A stretch of 63,964 nt of DNA, filler included, from Stramenopiles sp. TOSAG23-6 (GCA_900128565.1; 3 parts of 3 records of this genome joined end to end with filler, not necessarily neighbours in it), one strand, 5' to 3'. Shown: positions 12,219-26,464, numbered from the whole stretch's first letter. Program-made: numbers and translations. Notes: a model not told the origin generated them from the letters alone.

Positions 12219-15200
12219 ATGGCGGCCTATCGGCCTTGGTTAGTATACATACGTGTTTTAATTATATATTGTTTTATTAGTTGTAATGGCTTTGTTGGAG
12301 GTTTTTTTAGTGATAGAAAGCAAGAACCTATGAAAAATGTCAAGAAACATGACGAAAATAGCTTCACTGTCGACGGTAATGATGGAACTGACTTGCATGT
12401 CAGTGATACTACGACTCAAAATGATGCATTCGATTCAACACCTAATATGAACTCACGGGAAATATTAACTTTGCATGGTGCACCAGAGCAACATGAACAT
12501 ACCTATGATGATATGGATAAAATTCGCAAAGAGAAAAGAATTCAACGTCTCCGTCGTCGACTCACTACAACTGATTTCCTAGGAAGACGCGCAGATGACT
12601 TTTATGATTATGCAACAGCATCATCACATGCTACCTGGATTAGTGATACACGCAATGATAAAACTGGACAAGATTTGATTACAGCAAGTTCTTATTTGCG
12701 CTGTAAAGCAACCCATAGATGTCCTTGGGCAAGAGTTGAATATGATGTGCAAGGAATGAAATACGAATTCACCAAAAAGGCTTTCAACACAGGTCGTTGG
12801 GATTCTATACCTCTATTTACTGATTTTGAAGATTGGTATGCCGGTACACACGGATGGCTTCATTCACCGGATGTTTTGGCTGCACCAACAATGAGCACTG
12901 TGATTCATGACCATGACTCTTTAAAAACAACACAGAAATGGCGTAGTTCTCAACAACCCTCAATTTCACGAGGTTTAAACCCAAACGATTTCGTTTCTTC
13001 CGGAAAGTTACTTGTAAACACTAAAGTAACAATGCATTTTGTGACATCTGGTGCAATACCGACTCTAACAATTGGTACTACTGTTTTCAATGGAGTAGTC
13101 GCTACGACTACATCAAGTACAAAGGTTGCGTTGTTTAATTTCGATTCCATTTCTATATCAAAACAAGTCTCAATAACAGCCGAGGGAAATCGTGCTTTAG
13201 TCATTAGTAGTAAAAGCACAATTATATTTGATACTACATTTACTATATTACCTGGTACACTTGGCGGTTTTCCAGGTACTGATGGAAGTCCATCAATCAA
13301 TAATGTAACAGGTCCTGGTAGCGGATCTATACGTCTATATTTACATACAATTACAACATCTGCTGATGATATCGATGAAGTTCAGATAATTACTACTTCT
13401 GCAGATTCTGGGCAAAATTTAGGTGGTACGTTTACACTCACTTTATCATATTGTGAACGAAGTCGTAGTGAGGGAGAGGGTGGGGATAGCCATGATCTAG
13501 ATAAAAATACTGAATCAAATGATGCAAAGTCAACAGATGGCTTATTTTTACCAGGTACCATTGTATATGATGCAAAAACTAAAGAATCGTGTACAGTACT
13601 GAATAAAAATGAAAGTGATGCTTACAAATGGATATCAAAAACTACACAAAAAATATCTCATGATTCTTCTGCACTTCTTGTATCGAAATATTTAGGTGAT
13701 CTCAGTATAATCTCTTCTAAAGTACGTGTTGGTCGGTATGTTTTATTATTTTCAATTTCGAATTAAATGTTTTTTTCATACGAAATTTCATACCTAACGA
13801 ACTAAAAAAAATATATTTTTTCACAATACAGTAATATTTCTGACCAACAAGGTGGTCATGTTTGGCGAGTTACATTTGTTGATGCTGTTGGAGATGTGCC
13901 TCAGATACAACCTACTTCATATTTAACTGGTATTGGTGCAAAAATTGAAACAGATACCTATGAGGAGGGTAATAATATTGGAGGTTCCTTTAGTATTGAT
14001 TTTTTACAGGGTACTACAAGATCTTTACCATATGATGTATCTGCCGAAGCAATGGCTACTGCACTAATGGAAGATATTGAACTCGTTAAACATGCACGTG
14101 TTTCTAGACTAGATCCGTATACGTTGCAAATGTGTAGTGTTAGTAGTAGTAGATGCCAAGGGGGTGGACCAATGCCTAGTTATGGCTATAAATGGTCAAT
14201 TACGACGACTACGACGTCGAATAATATTTCTCCAACGTCACCTACATCATCTAATATTGGAGAAAAGGGACAAAAACAAGTAATGACGATAAAAGATAGT
14301 GGAACTTCATTGACAGGTATTGGAGTTAGTATAAAAGTGGACGAAGGACATACTTTACATAATTCGGCCTCATTACATTCATTTTCAACATTTTACCCTG
14401 GGGATGGTTCAAATGAAAAACATTTCTCTTTGGCATTTGGCGGTTCTGGGGGTAGTTATGGTGGTCTTGGTGGAAAAGGGCATTCTCACATTGATGTTGG
14501 TCCAATGTATGGAGACGTTCAAGTGCCAGACATTTTTGGTGGGTCGTCTGGAACAGTCGGAGGTATTCATCCTAGAGAAGTAATATCTGCTTTTTCATCG
14601 GCAACAGATAATCCTACGGGTGTAGGTGGTGATGGTGGTGGCGCTATAGCTTTTGTCGCAGTAAATGACATTATATTTGATGTCAATACAAATATTGAAG
14701 TTAATGGAAAAGAAGGGGGATTTGGGTACCGAGGTGGAGGCGGGGGTAGCGGAGGTACTATCATTATAGAAGCTGGTGGTAGTATACGCCAACATGGAAG
14801 ACTATCAGCTAAAGGAGGTGATGGTGGTGGTTCAGTATTAAGTTCAACTGGTGCAATGGCTGGTGGTGGTGGTGGAGGAGGAAGAATCTTTATAAAATCT
14901 CAGACATTGGATACAAAAAATGATAATAATATCGAAATTGGTGCTACTATTGTAGATGGAGGGAAAGGTGGTGAAATAGGTGATTCAAGTTGTAGAGGAA
15001 TAGCTACGGGAGTATGCACAGGAGGTGATGGAAATTCTTGCCTTGCAGTAGATGGGTGTGTATGGAGTGGACATGTATCTAGCCATTGCAGTGGCGCAGC
15101 TGTTGCAACAAATGCATGTGATGGTATAAACATTACTACATGTGAAAATGTTGTTGGTTGTAGTTGGATTTCTACTGCAGGATCATGTAGTGATTCATCA

Positions 15201-18200
15201 ATGAAAACAATAGATGAATGTGATGGACAATGGGATCATGATACAAATAAAGAAACTGAAAGCATTAATAGAATATGGTCCCACCACTCAGTCATTACAC
15301 CTTCATATTTGTCAGGCTCAAGATGTATTGGAACGGCAGTAGCTACAGGCAACTGTGAAGCTACATCTGAAACTCCGTGTAATGCTGTACCAGGTTGTGA
15401 ATGGAATGTAGCGCGAGAATGGCCTTTTACAGAATCGTGCGTAGGTGTACCTACGATAGTTCAGTGTAATGATAAATCTATGCAATCTGACAATGGAAAA
15501 TGCAGTGCAACAGGTAATTGTCATGATACCACAGGTAATTTATTACCTAGTATAACCACAAGTTCTAGCTGTACTAGTCCAAATATATGGACGGCATCGT
15601 GGACCCACAATCGCCAAACAGGATGTACATTTGAAAGCATTGCTGGAACGTGTTCAGGCGAACCAACTATTGTGTTGTGTAACGATAAATCTATGCAATC
15701 CGACCATGGAAAATGCAGTGCAACAGGTAATTGTCATGATACCACAGGTAATTTATTACCTAGTATTACCACAAGTTCTAGCTGTACTAGTCCTAATATA
15801 TGGACGGCATCGTGGACTCACAATCGTCAAACAGGATGTACGTTTGCTACTACAATTGAAAATGTTTGTTCTGGAGTTGCTTCATCATGTTTAGCATCTC
15901 AAATGCAACACAACAATTCATTATGTTCAGCACAAGTTGGCTGTTTCTTCGCGATTGACTTACAAGATGGTACCTGTACGACACAATACGGTACTATAAA
16001 TAAGAGTATAACAAATTCGGCAGCTTGTACAAGTCCAAATTACTGGGAAATTTCAGCAGAGGCTGATCCAAATACGAGATCAGGTAGTATTGGTTCAGTT
16101 TACACTGACATAGCTTCGACAATGCGATGGTATATAGACTCTAATGAAGGTGCGATGGGAACAACAAGATCATTAAAAGTTGTTGGTGGAAACAATAGTT
16201 TGACTGCTTCAAATGTATCTAAAACAAACCCTATTGTCCTAAGCGGTCCAAGATTTTTGTTTCCTGGATTACCAAACGATAGTGCAGAAAAACCAGAACG
16301 AGTTTCCTTTTTTATAAAGTTGGGTCAGATTGTATTTGGTCAAAAGGAAAATAATTGGGGTGGTTATGTTGCGATTCATGGTGCTAACTTTCAGATTACA
16401 TCAGAATCAATGATTGGTATTGGTATCGTAAATTCAAATTTTTTACATGGTGCTAATTTTGCACATGCTATGGGATTTCAAGGTTTCCAAGGTGGCGTTA
16501 GTAATACTATAAAATCAGGTGTAGATTTATTGAGATGGTATAAAATAGATATTTACATCAATTGGAAAGATAATGTATATGATGTAATGATTGATGACGA
16601 ACAACTTGTATTTAAATCATCATTTGTTGGTACTAGTGCTGTTGCTCTAGGCGTATATAACTATCATTCAATGTCTCTCTGGATTGATGAAGTATACGTC
16701 GGACCCTCAGGACATGGTGTAAATAATCTAATGGGATTTCGATGCCCTAGAATACCTCAAGCAGTTGTTGATCCAATAGCCACATGTCGTTCTTTGTCAG
16801 ATGGTTCAATCGTGTCTACAAAGAGCACTTTAAATACTGAAGGAGATTGTCTTGAAGAAAAAGATAGTGACGGTAAATCAGTGAACTCTTGGCATCTTCC
16901 TGAACAAACTTTAGATAATGTTGAAATACAAAGACCTACAGAAACCAATTGGGCTAATGATGAAGATGGTGCATTTGAGGATTTATTTTGGGCAACTTCC
17001 CAATTCATTAGTCATATAGGTGATCGTGATCAATATAAATTTAGTCGTGGTGGTCTGTTGGATAGAGATGGCGAGAAACATCGACGTTTCTTCCGAGATT
17101 ATGTACCTCGAACTACAAGCACTCCAGGTGGTTTTGATTCTGGTGTTTTGTTATACGTACCAACAGAAAGACTAGTAGACGCAGGTACTAATGGAGGTGC
17201 CCATACTGGAGCTGGTGGCGGTGGTGATGATGTGTCAATGGAAATTCAGGAAGAGAGCTTTCAGTTACACACTCCAACTGGAGTTGGTGAAGAAGCTGGA
17301 TTTAAATCATACAATAGAACATCTACTCAAAATAGTAAATCTGGTAAATTTTATTGGTACGGAGAACATCAAAATCCAGCAGGTGTCGCAAGCGAATATC
17401 ATAACAGGGGTGGAATTGGTGCTTGCTCCACAACAGATTTCATTCACTGGGAAAATGAAGGAGAGATGCTCCATTATAGTAACATCAGTGACCCACTAGG
17501 ACTTTTCCCACCACCAAGTAGTACACCGTTACAAGCGTCCAAACCAAAAGTATTGTATAATCCTACAACAAAGAAATATGTAATGTGGACACAGACAGAT
17601 GATGCTGCAGGCACTCTAGGGTTTGCAACAGTCGCTTCTTCATTTTTTCCAAATGGTCCGTTTGTTATAGAGTCAACATTCTTTCCAAATGGCAATGTTA
17701 CCAAAGATCAGACAATATTTAAAAAGCCTGGCACTGATGAAGCATACCTAGCTCGCACATATTATGCTACAGTAGATTATTTGTTACCACAATCTATTAT
17801 GCAACCTCTTTGGGAAAGTGTTCGAAAGAAGGGGACTTGTGCTAAACAAGATGAAACACCAGTAGATGTAATGCGAGAAGAATATTGTGGAGTTTGTGAT
17901 AATAATGCACATACAGACACTCTCACATGCTTATCTAATGGAAAATGCAAGACAGATACAATAGGGGATACACCAGAAGATAAATGTGGCGATTGTGTTA
18001 ATGTAAATGCAGCAGCTGTACCACAGTTTCTCACAATAAAGGCATGCTCTCTGAGAGGCATTTGTGCTGATCCAGCAGATACAGTTGGAATTACTCTACG
18101 TTCACAATGTAATAGTGAATGGAAACCAAATAAATGGATTGCGGATACGTGGACTCGAAATACTTGGACATCATACGTTTGGAAAGATGGGGACATTAAC

Positions 18201-19415
18201 TTTGGTTTAAATTACCACCGAGCTTTTTATCATCCTGAGTATGATGACTATCATGATACATATGTCCAACGTTGGCGCCAGGAGAATATTTTGTGGAAGG
18301 TAAACTGGAGATTTCAAAATAATACGATTGATTGGGTTGAATCCTCACTTGGTGATAACATACGCAAATTTGTAAAATGTGATCCAAAACCAAATCAGCC
18401 TACAACAGGTGAAGATAAAGGTTGTGGGCCTGGTACCGGGATATTAATGGAAGTCTTTGAGACGAGACAAGCATTGGTTAATATCCGACAAAAGTTAAAT
18501 AAGGGTACAATTACTATACAAATAGACGGTATAAAATTACAAGTCACCGCTGGTTCAATCTTCACAGCTTTACAAGACACATGTTGTTGTGTTAGTAATT
18601 TTACTGTGGAATGTTCCGATGGCTTCCAACGTCGGTGTTGCCGTTGTTGTTGGATATTTGATATGTTGAGAGTTCATCATATTGATATATTAGAAATCAT
18701 TCGACAAGGTTTGATAAAAAATGATCAAGATAATTCTTTAAAAATAGATTTTAAGGATTATGGTAGAAAAATCCCATCTCCGGAAGGTTTCACATATGCC
18801 TTGGACCTTAGGAAGGAGTTACTAGGACAAGGTTCGGTTGATTCTGGTCAGGTAGAAAGTAAATTTTTCGATCCCGGATACTCTGATAATAATGCATGGA
18901 AAGCGAACTCTGTTCCAGCAGTAAAGTCACAAACCTGGCAAGAAAACTATTTGGATGGAAATATTGCAGATAATCCACCACACAGTACAAAGCCAGATAA
19001 ATTAATTGGACCAACTAGGGTAGTTGAATGGCGTCGCACAAAGTATGTGGCAGTGAGTAAAATGACTTCAGATTATTTAGGTTTAACATCGGAATTGCGA
19101 ACATATGAAGGGGATTTAACCAATAATGATGATATGAGTAATATATTTACGCCCAAAGGACAATTTAATTTTGATACTGATGCGACAGATAGGGTACCTG
19201 GTTCGTCACATAGTGAAGGTGGCGACTCTTTGGAATTAGGACCTGGGAAAACTCAAACAACTCAACCATTACGTGTCTATGGTGATATGAGCCCATTTAA
19301 TTTTAGTCCTGCTTCAGATTGGTATTCAAGATTTCATCAATATAGAACTGAAGTGAATGATCGACGAAATGATCCGGTCAACTTTAGTAATGAAAACACC
19401 GCTGCGCAATCCTAA
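12219..19415 (+). CDS. Very large secreted protein with Gly-rich and Cys-rich repeats and a GH43-like beta-propeller domain
   Basis: Hydrophobic N-terminus; GGGGSGG repeats; Cys-rich repeats; YWYGE..STTDFIHWENEG..PKVLYNPTTKKYVMW..GPF..KDQT..AYL. Exons 12219-13735 and 13832-19415. Confidence 0.8.
13736..13831 (+). mobile_element. Introner-like intron GT..CAG (canonical member)
   Basis: CG|GTATGT..AATACAG|T in frame. Confidence 0.9.
15450..15845 (+). repeat. Tandem duplication (about 213 bp period) of a Cys-rich coding unit
   Basis: PTIVxCNDKSMQSDxGKCSATGNCHDTTGNLLPSITTSSSCTSPNIWTASWTHNRQTGCTF occurs twice. Confidence 0.9.
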
Positions 19416-19523
19416 ATTTTTAATTTTCTAAAAATACATAGAATTTTTACTTATTTGGTACATATTTTATTAGTTAATTTATTGCATTACATCAAAATTA
19501 TCTATGTTATACATACACCAGAT

Positions 19524-20351
19524 TTACTTCATCTTTAATTTCTTTTTCCCTTTTTTTATTTTTCTTGATAGTGTTTGTTTTTCCAACCATTTCTTACACG
19601 AAATCCCCAAAGACCGACGCTCTAGTTCGAACACTTTCGTTATAGATGCACAACTTAGTACAGTTTTGACTATTTGCCCATCAGGTTTTCTTGGAGGTAG
19701 TCGCCCGACTTCTTCACCTTGTTCAAATATGATGAGAGTAGGTAAGTGAGAGGACGTTCCAGATATATCGATACCATACTCGTGGGCGACTTTTTCCCAC
19801 TTTACATTCACTTTACCAAATTTTAAGTGCATTGAGCTATACTGCAATGATAGCTCTGCAAAGATAGGCTCTACATCAGCACATCCTGCATGCCAGGTGG
19901 CATGGAATAAAATTAACCAAGATGGTTTTGGGTCACCAGTAGTAGTATTTTTACTCTTGACAATGCTGGAAAAAGTGGTGTCATTTAAGTGAACAGTCGC
20001 TTCAGGTCCAGTATACGCTGGTCTTCTAATCAACAAAAATAATACAGCATATAGAAACACGTACCAAACCATAAGTCTCCAATCTCGAAACCACAGTAGC
20101 ACTAAAACGAGGGTTTTACCAAATAGGAATGTTGTTGATATAATACTATCTATAGAAGACGCTTTCAAAGACTTTTTCACAATAATGAGAAGCACAATTA
20201 GGCTCAGCTCTATTTCTTTCCGCACTCCAAGAAACATTGAAGCTACATCCAGCGAAGGAGATGGTGGTAAATAAGCACGAAGCATTAAGTAAGAGCATGG
20301 TACAAGCGCATTTGTTATATAGTATAGAGAAAAAAAGCGAGAGATTGACAT
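19524..20351 (-). CDS. TMX2: Thioredoxin-related transmembrane protein 2-like
   Basis: TM helices, PAYTGPE, WLILFHATWHAGC..PIFAELSLQY..LKFGKVNV..LPTLIIFEQGEEVGRLP. Confidence 0.85.
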   Translation of the reverse strand: MSISRFFSLYYITNALVPCSYLMLRAYLPPSPSLDVASMFLGVRKEIELSLIVLLIIVKKSLKASSIDSIISTTFLFGKTLVLVLLWFRDWRLMVWYVFLYAVLFLLIRRPAYTGPEATVHLNDTTFSSIVKSKNTTTGDPKPSWLILFHATWHAGCADVEPIFAELSLQYSSMHLKFGKVNVKWEKVAHEYGIDISGTSSHLPTLIIFEQGEEVGRLPPRKPDGQIVKTVLSCASITKVFELERRSLGISCKKWLEKQTLSRKIKKGKKKLKMK

Positions 20352-20554
20352 TTTAAAAGGTAATCCAAGGGTCAAAGGTTATAATATTAGTAAAGTAAGT
20401 ATTTGTAGTTTGCGCCGTTTGCGCTTGATTGGCCGGCCAATTTTCGCCAATTTTGGCAATTCCTTATTCCTTTTTGGCGAAATCGCAATATTCTGGCCAG
20501 TCACGACGTACTACTACGCACAGCAAGCAGAGGTTGTACCACAAGCATTGAACA

Positions 20555-21205
20555 ATGGTGCCATTTTATTCCATTATCTCTTTTTTATTAGCATTTCCAG
20601 TCTTTGCTTTATGTAGAAATAATCTTGTATTTGCAGCAAATACGTTTCCTGTCGTCGGTAAAGTCAAGGTGGATCCTAAACAATTAAAGGTTGCTGGCGT
20701 AGCGGGTAAACTTACTTCAGCTACAATTACACTTAATCAAGGTGAATACGAAACAATATTAAGACAAGATAATAGTTTCATTTTTCATAATATTCCGGGT
20801 GGGACGTATACTGTCGATGTATCACATCCTGTGTGGGTTTTTGGACAGGTTAAAATTGAGCTTAACGCTGAAAAAAATGGCCGCGTTCGCGCAATTATGT
20901 ATAAATTCCCTGGTGCGGATAGAGATATTATTGACTACCCTCTTGTATTATCACCACTTGGTAACACAAACTACTTCAAACCAAGACCAGCTTTTAGTAT
21001 AATGAGTTTATTTGCAAATCCCATGATTCTTATGATGGGTGTCATGGGCCTCATGGCATTTTGCATGCCGAAAATGTTGGATAATATGTCTGAAGAGGAC
21101 AAAGTTGCTATGCAGGAACAAATGAGAACTATGCAAGGTCTTCCTCCTAAATCCAAACAGAAAGGGATTGATAAATCATCTGATGAATGTAAAAAAGTTA
21201 AATAA
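20555..21205 (+). CDS. EMC7: ER membrane protein complex subunit 7
   Basis: Signal peptide, FIFHNIPGGTYTVDV, YPLVL, YFKPR..NPMILMM..MPKM. Confidence 0.85.
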   Translation: MVPFYSIISFLLAFPVFALCRNNLVFAANTFPVVGKVKVDPKQLKVAGVAGKLTSATITLNQGEYETILRQDNSFIFHNIPGGTYTVDVSHPVWVFGQVKIELNAEKNGRVRAIMYKFPGADRDIIDYPLVLSPLGNTNYFKPRPAFSIMSLFANPMILMMGVMGLMAFCMPKMLDNMSEEDKVAMQEQMRTMQGLPPKSKQKGIDKSSDECKKVK

Positions 21206-21601
21206 GTATTTTTAGAAAATATGAACTCTCTGCATATTTGTGTTCTATTTCTTGTCTTGTATAGACGTAGTTGATTGAACCCTTCAATAAAAAAATTACT
21301 GAAAGTAAATACAAAATTTTACATTTCCTCAAAAATTTTTTTACAGACATATTTTTATAAAACAATTGTTACAGATGGTTCATCTACAAATGAAATATCA
21401 TATAAAATCATATGTAAATACAATTTTTTAGCTACCTCTTGGCTTTCATTTTTTTCAAATGTAAACTAAAGAGCAATGAAGGGTAATGAAGGGTCATTGA
21501 TTTTTAAAATGTAAACTAAAAAACAATGAAGATTCATTGTAGACCCTTGTCTAAAGAATCAATTGACTGATTCATTTTCCTTGAAAATCTGCTTATATTC
21601 A

Positions 21602-23141
21602 TTATTGTAAATTAAAGTTCTTAATACCTTCCCGCAGAGGCGAAAGAGCGCGGGCGTGAGCATTGCGTCTGACGATATTCATTTGCTCGTGTACCAACAT
21701 TGGGGTGGTATTTGACAAATTCGAAATGGAATCCGTACCAAATTTCGCACTTAACGAATTTCGAATTTGCTGATGATTGTTACCCCTGTGTACAAGTATT
21801 TTATTTTTATGACATTCGAGGCCTTCACTGTAGCTGCTAAAATGGTTTTGTGTATTTTTTGCATTTTGAATTGAACTTGATGCATGTATTGATGGATCAA
21901 AAACAGTCTTACTATTTTGGATGTTAAAGGCATATCGTGGTGGCGTTTGATGTATTTTGGAAAAATATTTCAAAAAAAAATTTAATTTTTGTTAGGTACA
22001 AAATTTTCAAAAAAAAAAAAAATTTCGATAAAAAATTGAAAAAAAATAAAACATACAAGAAATTTGCTTACTTGAAATTTTGTAAGCATGTTGGTAATTT
22101 GAGGGATAGTTGGATGATAGCCTTTTCGAAGTAGAAGCTTTATCCATGATGTTGATGATTTCCTCAATGCATTGTCAAACGTTTTTTGTGTCACATTCTG
22201 TATTGAGGTCAAATCTGCGAGTTGTTTGGCACATGGTAGACAATGCCTATTTATCAGTTGTCCATGTATTTTGGAAAAATATTTCAAAAAATCTAAAAAA
22301 AATTGTTAGGTACAAAANNNNNNNNNNNNNNNNNNNNNNNNNNNNNNNNNNNNNNNNNNNNTTAATTAATTAANNNNNNNNNNNNNNNNNNNNNNNNNNN
22401 NNNNNNNNNNNNNNNNNCAAAATTTCGTACGAAAAATAAATTCGAAATTGAAAAAAAAATAAAACATACATATAGAGTTGTTGTAGCATTCTCATTCAAT
22501 ATGGGATTAGGACCATTGATAGAACCTATCCTCCAGGCTTGGGATATACCACCACCTATATGATCTAGAAGTATCTCACTTTTTATATATAAATTCTTCA
22601 GGCTATAAGTAATATCAGAGTCAAAGTCTACATTTATCTTATTACGACAAACCGTAGGTAAATGCCAATATGGAGATAAACGACTCGGGTTTTCTTTTAC
22701 CCAATGGAAATGTTTTGGTAACAATTCTGCTGTTTTGATAGAATAATACAACTCAGAAGGGCATGCTTCTCTTTCAGAACTGTACCACTTATAAAGACCA
22801 AGACGGAAATGTGAACTTAAAACAAGAGAATCAGGGTCTTCTGCCTGGGCAATAGATTGAGAGTGTGCCTCCTCGATACACCACTTCCGATGCTTAGATT
22901 GATATTTTGATTCACACAATTCAGAACAATAAAATGCGAGACCACACTGATTACAACATAAAGCTCTATTGATATCTAATTCTACAAGACAACTACAGCA
23001 AACTACTCTCTGAGGGTTCAGTTCAAAATTGTCCTGTTCAGCACGGGGCACCAGCAACTTTTCACTAGAATCAGCAATACAAAAGTATTCAAATAATGGG
23101 GTAAGCCAAGGTAAGTCTAGTATATGCTTTTCGCCCGACAT
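21602..23141 (-). CDS. MYND-type zinc-finger protein (spans an assembly gap)
   Basis: CCSC..CNQC..FYCSELC..HRKWC. Inferred exons 23141-22470, 22263-22057, 21949-21602. Confidence 0.6.
21950..22056 (-). mobile_element. Introner-like intron GT..CAT
   Basis: CTT|GTATGT..AAAATACAT|CAA. Confidence 0.75.
22264..22469 (-). mobile_element. Introner-like intron GT..CAT interrupted by gap
   Basis: TAT|GTATGT..(N)..AAAATACAT|GGA; both sides are phase 0. Confidence 0.7.
22318..22417. other. Artificial gap linker N44-TTAATTAATTAA-N44
   Basis: Six-frame stop linker between N runs; both flanks are intron-family sequence. Confidence 0.95.
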
Positions 23142-23525
23142 CAATTAAGAAAAACAACTTTGTCACCACAGCATTAAGCATATAAAAAAAATGATACACT
23201 GTTGGTATAGTAGGTACTTGTGTAAGGCTACGTCATGACTCATGAACTGGCTTCGGCGATATCGATCGCGATGACGTCATCGATCAGTAACTGTTATAGA
23301 TATGACATTGATTGGCCATTGATTGACATTTTTAATTTTAATCCAACGCTTATGCTTATCTCATCATTATTAATTTATTACGAAGATGACTTTAACTCTA
23401 ACAATCAGGTGACTTTACATTATATTTTATTCCAGAGAACGTATCAAAGTAAATCATTCATTATACGATTAGACAACAGCTATATGAATAAACTAAAAAT
23501 AGTAATAAAACGTCCAGATTAAAAA

Positions 23526-26464
23526 ATGTCAGGTATTCGTAAATTTCGTAGAGTTATTCGTAATATTAAAGGTCCTTTACGTCGACGGCGACGTGCTCTA
23601 TTTGGTCGAAAACCCCACAAAGATCTACATTCAAATACGACTGACATGGAGGAGAAATCCAACAATGATGTGATTGCTGACGAAATCATCCCTCTTAAGT
23701 GTTCATATAATCGTCTTTATCTTCTTTTTTTGAATCAAATTGAGAGTATAAAAAATATTACCACGTCGGCACAGTTATTGAATGTATCAAAACAAGAAAG
23801 TAACCCTATTTTGATTCAAGGTGTAGTGAAGTTTCCGCTATCATATCCCGTATGTTCCGTAAGTGAAAACCAAAGTAAACTTTTGGCTACCGCCAAGCGA
23901 GGAGAGGTAATCTCCTTCCAAATACCACTCGAAATATCTGTTGATTTATGTTTTGAAGCTAAAGCTGTTGTCGAATATATNAATGAAAGTGGTCGTCCTT
24001 ATTCTCAGATGTTATTTGGGAAAACTTTCATTTCCAATATATTGCAGTTGTCACAAGGAGAGAAATTATTCATAGATATGATAGATAGGACTGTAGGTTT
24101 TCGTTATGAATTTCAAATTTATTTTTTTTTTGGTACGAAATTTTATACCTAAACAAAAACAAATTCTTGAGTATTGACTACGTTTTCATCATGAATTTCA
24201 AATTTGTTCTTCAAATGTATTGTTCATGGTTTTGTATTTTTGTCTTTTTTTGTCATATTAGGCGTTTTTGTATTTTTGTCTATTTTTGTAACTTACCTAA
24301 AAGAATTTCAAACTTTTAAAAAAAAAATTTCACCATAAATGTTTTTTCTTTTTTTTTTCAAAATTATTTTTTTTTACATTTTTTTTTCGTACGAAATTTT
24401 GTACCTAACGAATATTTTTTACAAAAACAAAAATATTTTTTACTATACAAAAAAATGAAATGGAAAATACAAATATTGATAATTTACCTGTTTGTAAAAA
24501 TATTTGTATTACTATGATAACTCAACCATCAAAATGTGTACTACATTCAATAAATTCAGTCGTNTCAAAAAATAATTTGAGAAAANAGGAGAANTCAAAA
24601 TTGTTTTTTTCAATATTCGAGTATTTTGTTGTTCTTNTTGTGCTTATAGCAAATGTAGTCATGTTTAATATAGTAAGCTCTGATTCACATGCATTGAAAA
24701 TAGTATGTGGATTAATTATTTCGTGTGTGATTATTACTATTATTTGTGCTTACACCAAAAAGAAAAAAAATAGCCATAGTCATAATCATTCTGAAAACAA
24801 ATTGCATGTTTCCCCAGGTACTAGGAAAAGTTTTATTTTTTTTTAATAGAAATTTTGTACCTAACAAATTTTGAAATTTCTTTTGAAATATTTTTCCAAA
24901 ATACATGCCTGCTATTCATACTTCATATAGTGGTACAAACGATGGTAATTGTCTAGATAATATGAATTTTTCATATACTGAAATGGTGGTTGCTCTATCG
25001 CTTCATAGTGACAAGACCCATATTTTTGGTACAAATAATACTACAAATAATAAAATAGATAATGCAGATTGGTTGCCTTCGTTACTTGAAACTTCTGCGG
25101 AAATTACTCCTGACGAAACTACCAAATTAAAAATTATAAGAAAATCTATACTAAAAGAATTTTGTAGTTTACCTGTAGTGAATAATGATACATCTAATGC
25201 AATTTTACCAGTAGTGAATGATGATACATCTAATACAATCTCAAATTTGTCAAGTGATCCTTCTCTGTCTTCAAGAAATCAATTAGANGGTACTAATAGT
25301 AGGTTTATTAATAAAACTATTCAAAACAAGTCATATGATATGCATTGGCAAATTCATCATTTGGATANTTATACGGTAGATGAATTTTCAAAANGTATCG
25401 CTCAAAAGTGTGGGGTGATACCAAAAATGCTTCAANACAATAATAGTAGTAAAGGAGATGATAATTATAAATATCCTAAAAATTGGCGATTGACGTGTGA
25501 TTGTCCTCAAAGACAAATGAATGTAGCAAAATATCAAGATTGCTGGAATACTTGGAAACAATGCCGCTGGCCTTTTGTACACGAAATCGCTGGAAATGGA
25601 AAGCGTGGTGATCAGCGTCTTGTTGCATTTTTACGTGCACGNAATGGGGATGTTGATAAAACGATTAAAATGGTATTCGATTCCATTCGATGGCGTCAAA
25701 AGTTTGATTTGAGTAGAGTTAGACGAATGAANCAACCCNCTTATGTATGGAAACCTTCAATTTCTCTTGAAAAATGGATGCTTCCATTACCTATATTTAC
25801 TTCATTAGATGTTGAGGGTCATGTTTTATTTTATAGTAATTATGGAAAATTAGATGTAAATGGATTTCTGAATAAATGCTTGCATTCAAGTGAGGAGGAA
25901 TTAGAAAAAATATTTGTGTTTATTCTTGAAACTTTTCAATCGGCTGCCATGAAGAGATGCGCTATGAGTGATGGCAAAATATTACCACAAATTTCGTTAC
26001 TTGTTGATCTCAGGGACTTTGGCTTTCACTCCGTNATTCCTCTNGGAATTATTAAAAGATTATTAGATTCTTTTCAGAAAAATTATCCGGAACTTCTAGC
26101 AAGAGTTATTGTAGTCAATGCACCTTGGCTATTTGCTAATTTATGGAAAGTTATTCGAAAATTTCTTGATGAAAGAGTGCGACAAAAAATCATTATATCA
26201 AATAATACCGGTTTGACTCTTTTTGAGGAGGTTTCCGCATGGATACATCCAAGATTCATCCCTAAATTTATTTTCGAGAAACATATTGATACACTTGAAA
26301 AACATAAATGTAATTGGCTGAAAAATGTAGGCGAAGGACTCAANACTTTACAACTTGCACAAGGAGGTAAAATACCAAAATGTGATACCACACGTTTTGA
26401 TGCAGAGAATGAATATGCNAGTAGTCATATAAATAATGATACAATNTCATGTGCGAAATTATAA
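23526..26464 (+). CDS. CRAL-TRIO/Sec14 domain protein; 5' exon structure uncertain and may be more than one gene
   Basis: LVAFLRAxNGDVDK..RWRQ, LLVDLRDFG, FQKNYPELLARVIVVNAPWLFANLWKVIRKFLDERVRQKI. Probable exons 23526-24092, 24451-about 24810, 24907-26464. Region contains many Ns. Confidence 0.7.
24093..24450 (+). mobile_element. Composite region with at least two intron-family cores
   Basis: ACT|GTAGGT donor, cores near 24133 and 24387, probable end TATACAA. Confidence 0.5.
24808..24906 (+). mobile_element. Introner-like intron ending CAT, donor uncertain
   Basis: Clear GTACCTAAC..CCAAAATACAT 3' half; no phase-compatible GT in the tracked upstream frame. Confidence 0.5.

Noticed and set aside
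22318-22417. TTAATTAATTAA palindrome within N runs (also 44642-44741)
   Set aside because: Identical 100-nt six-frame-stop linker added during assembly; not biological.
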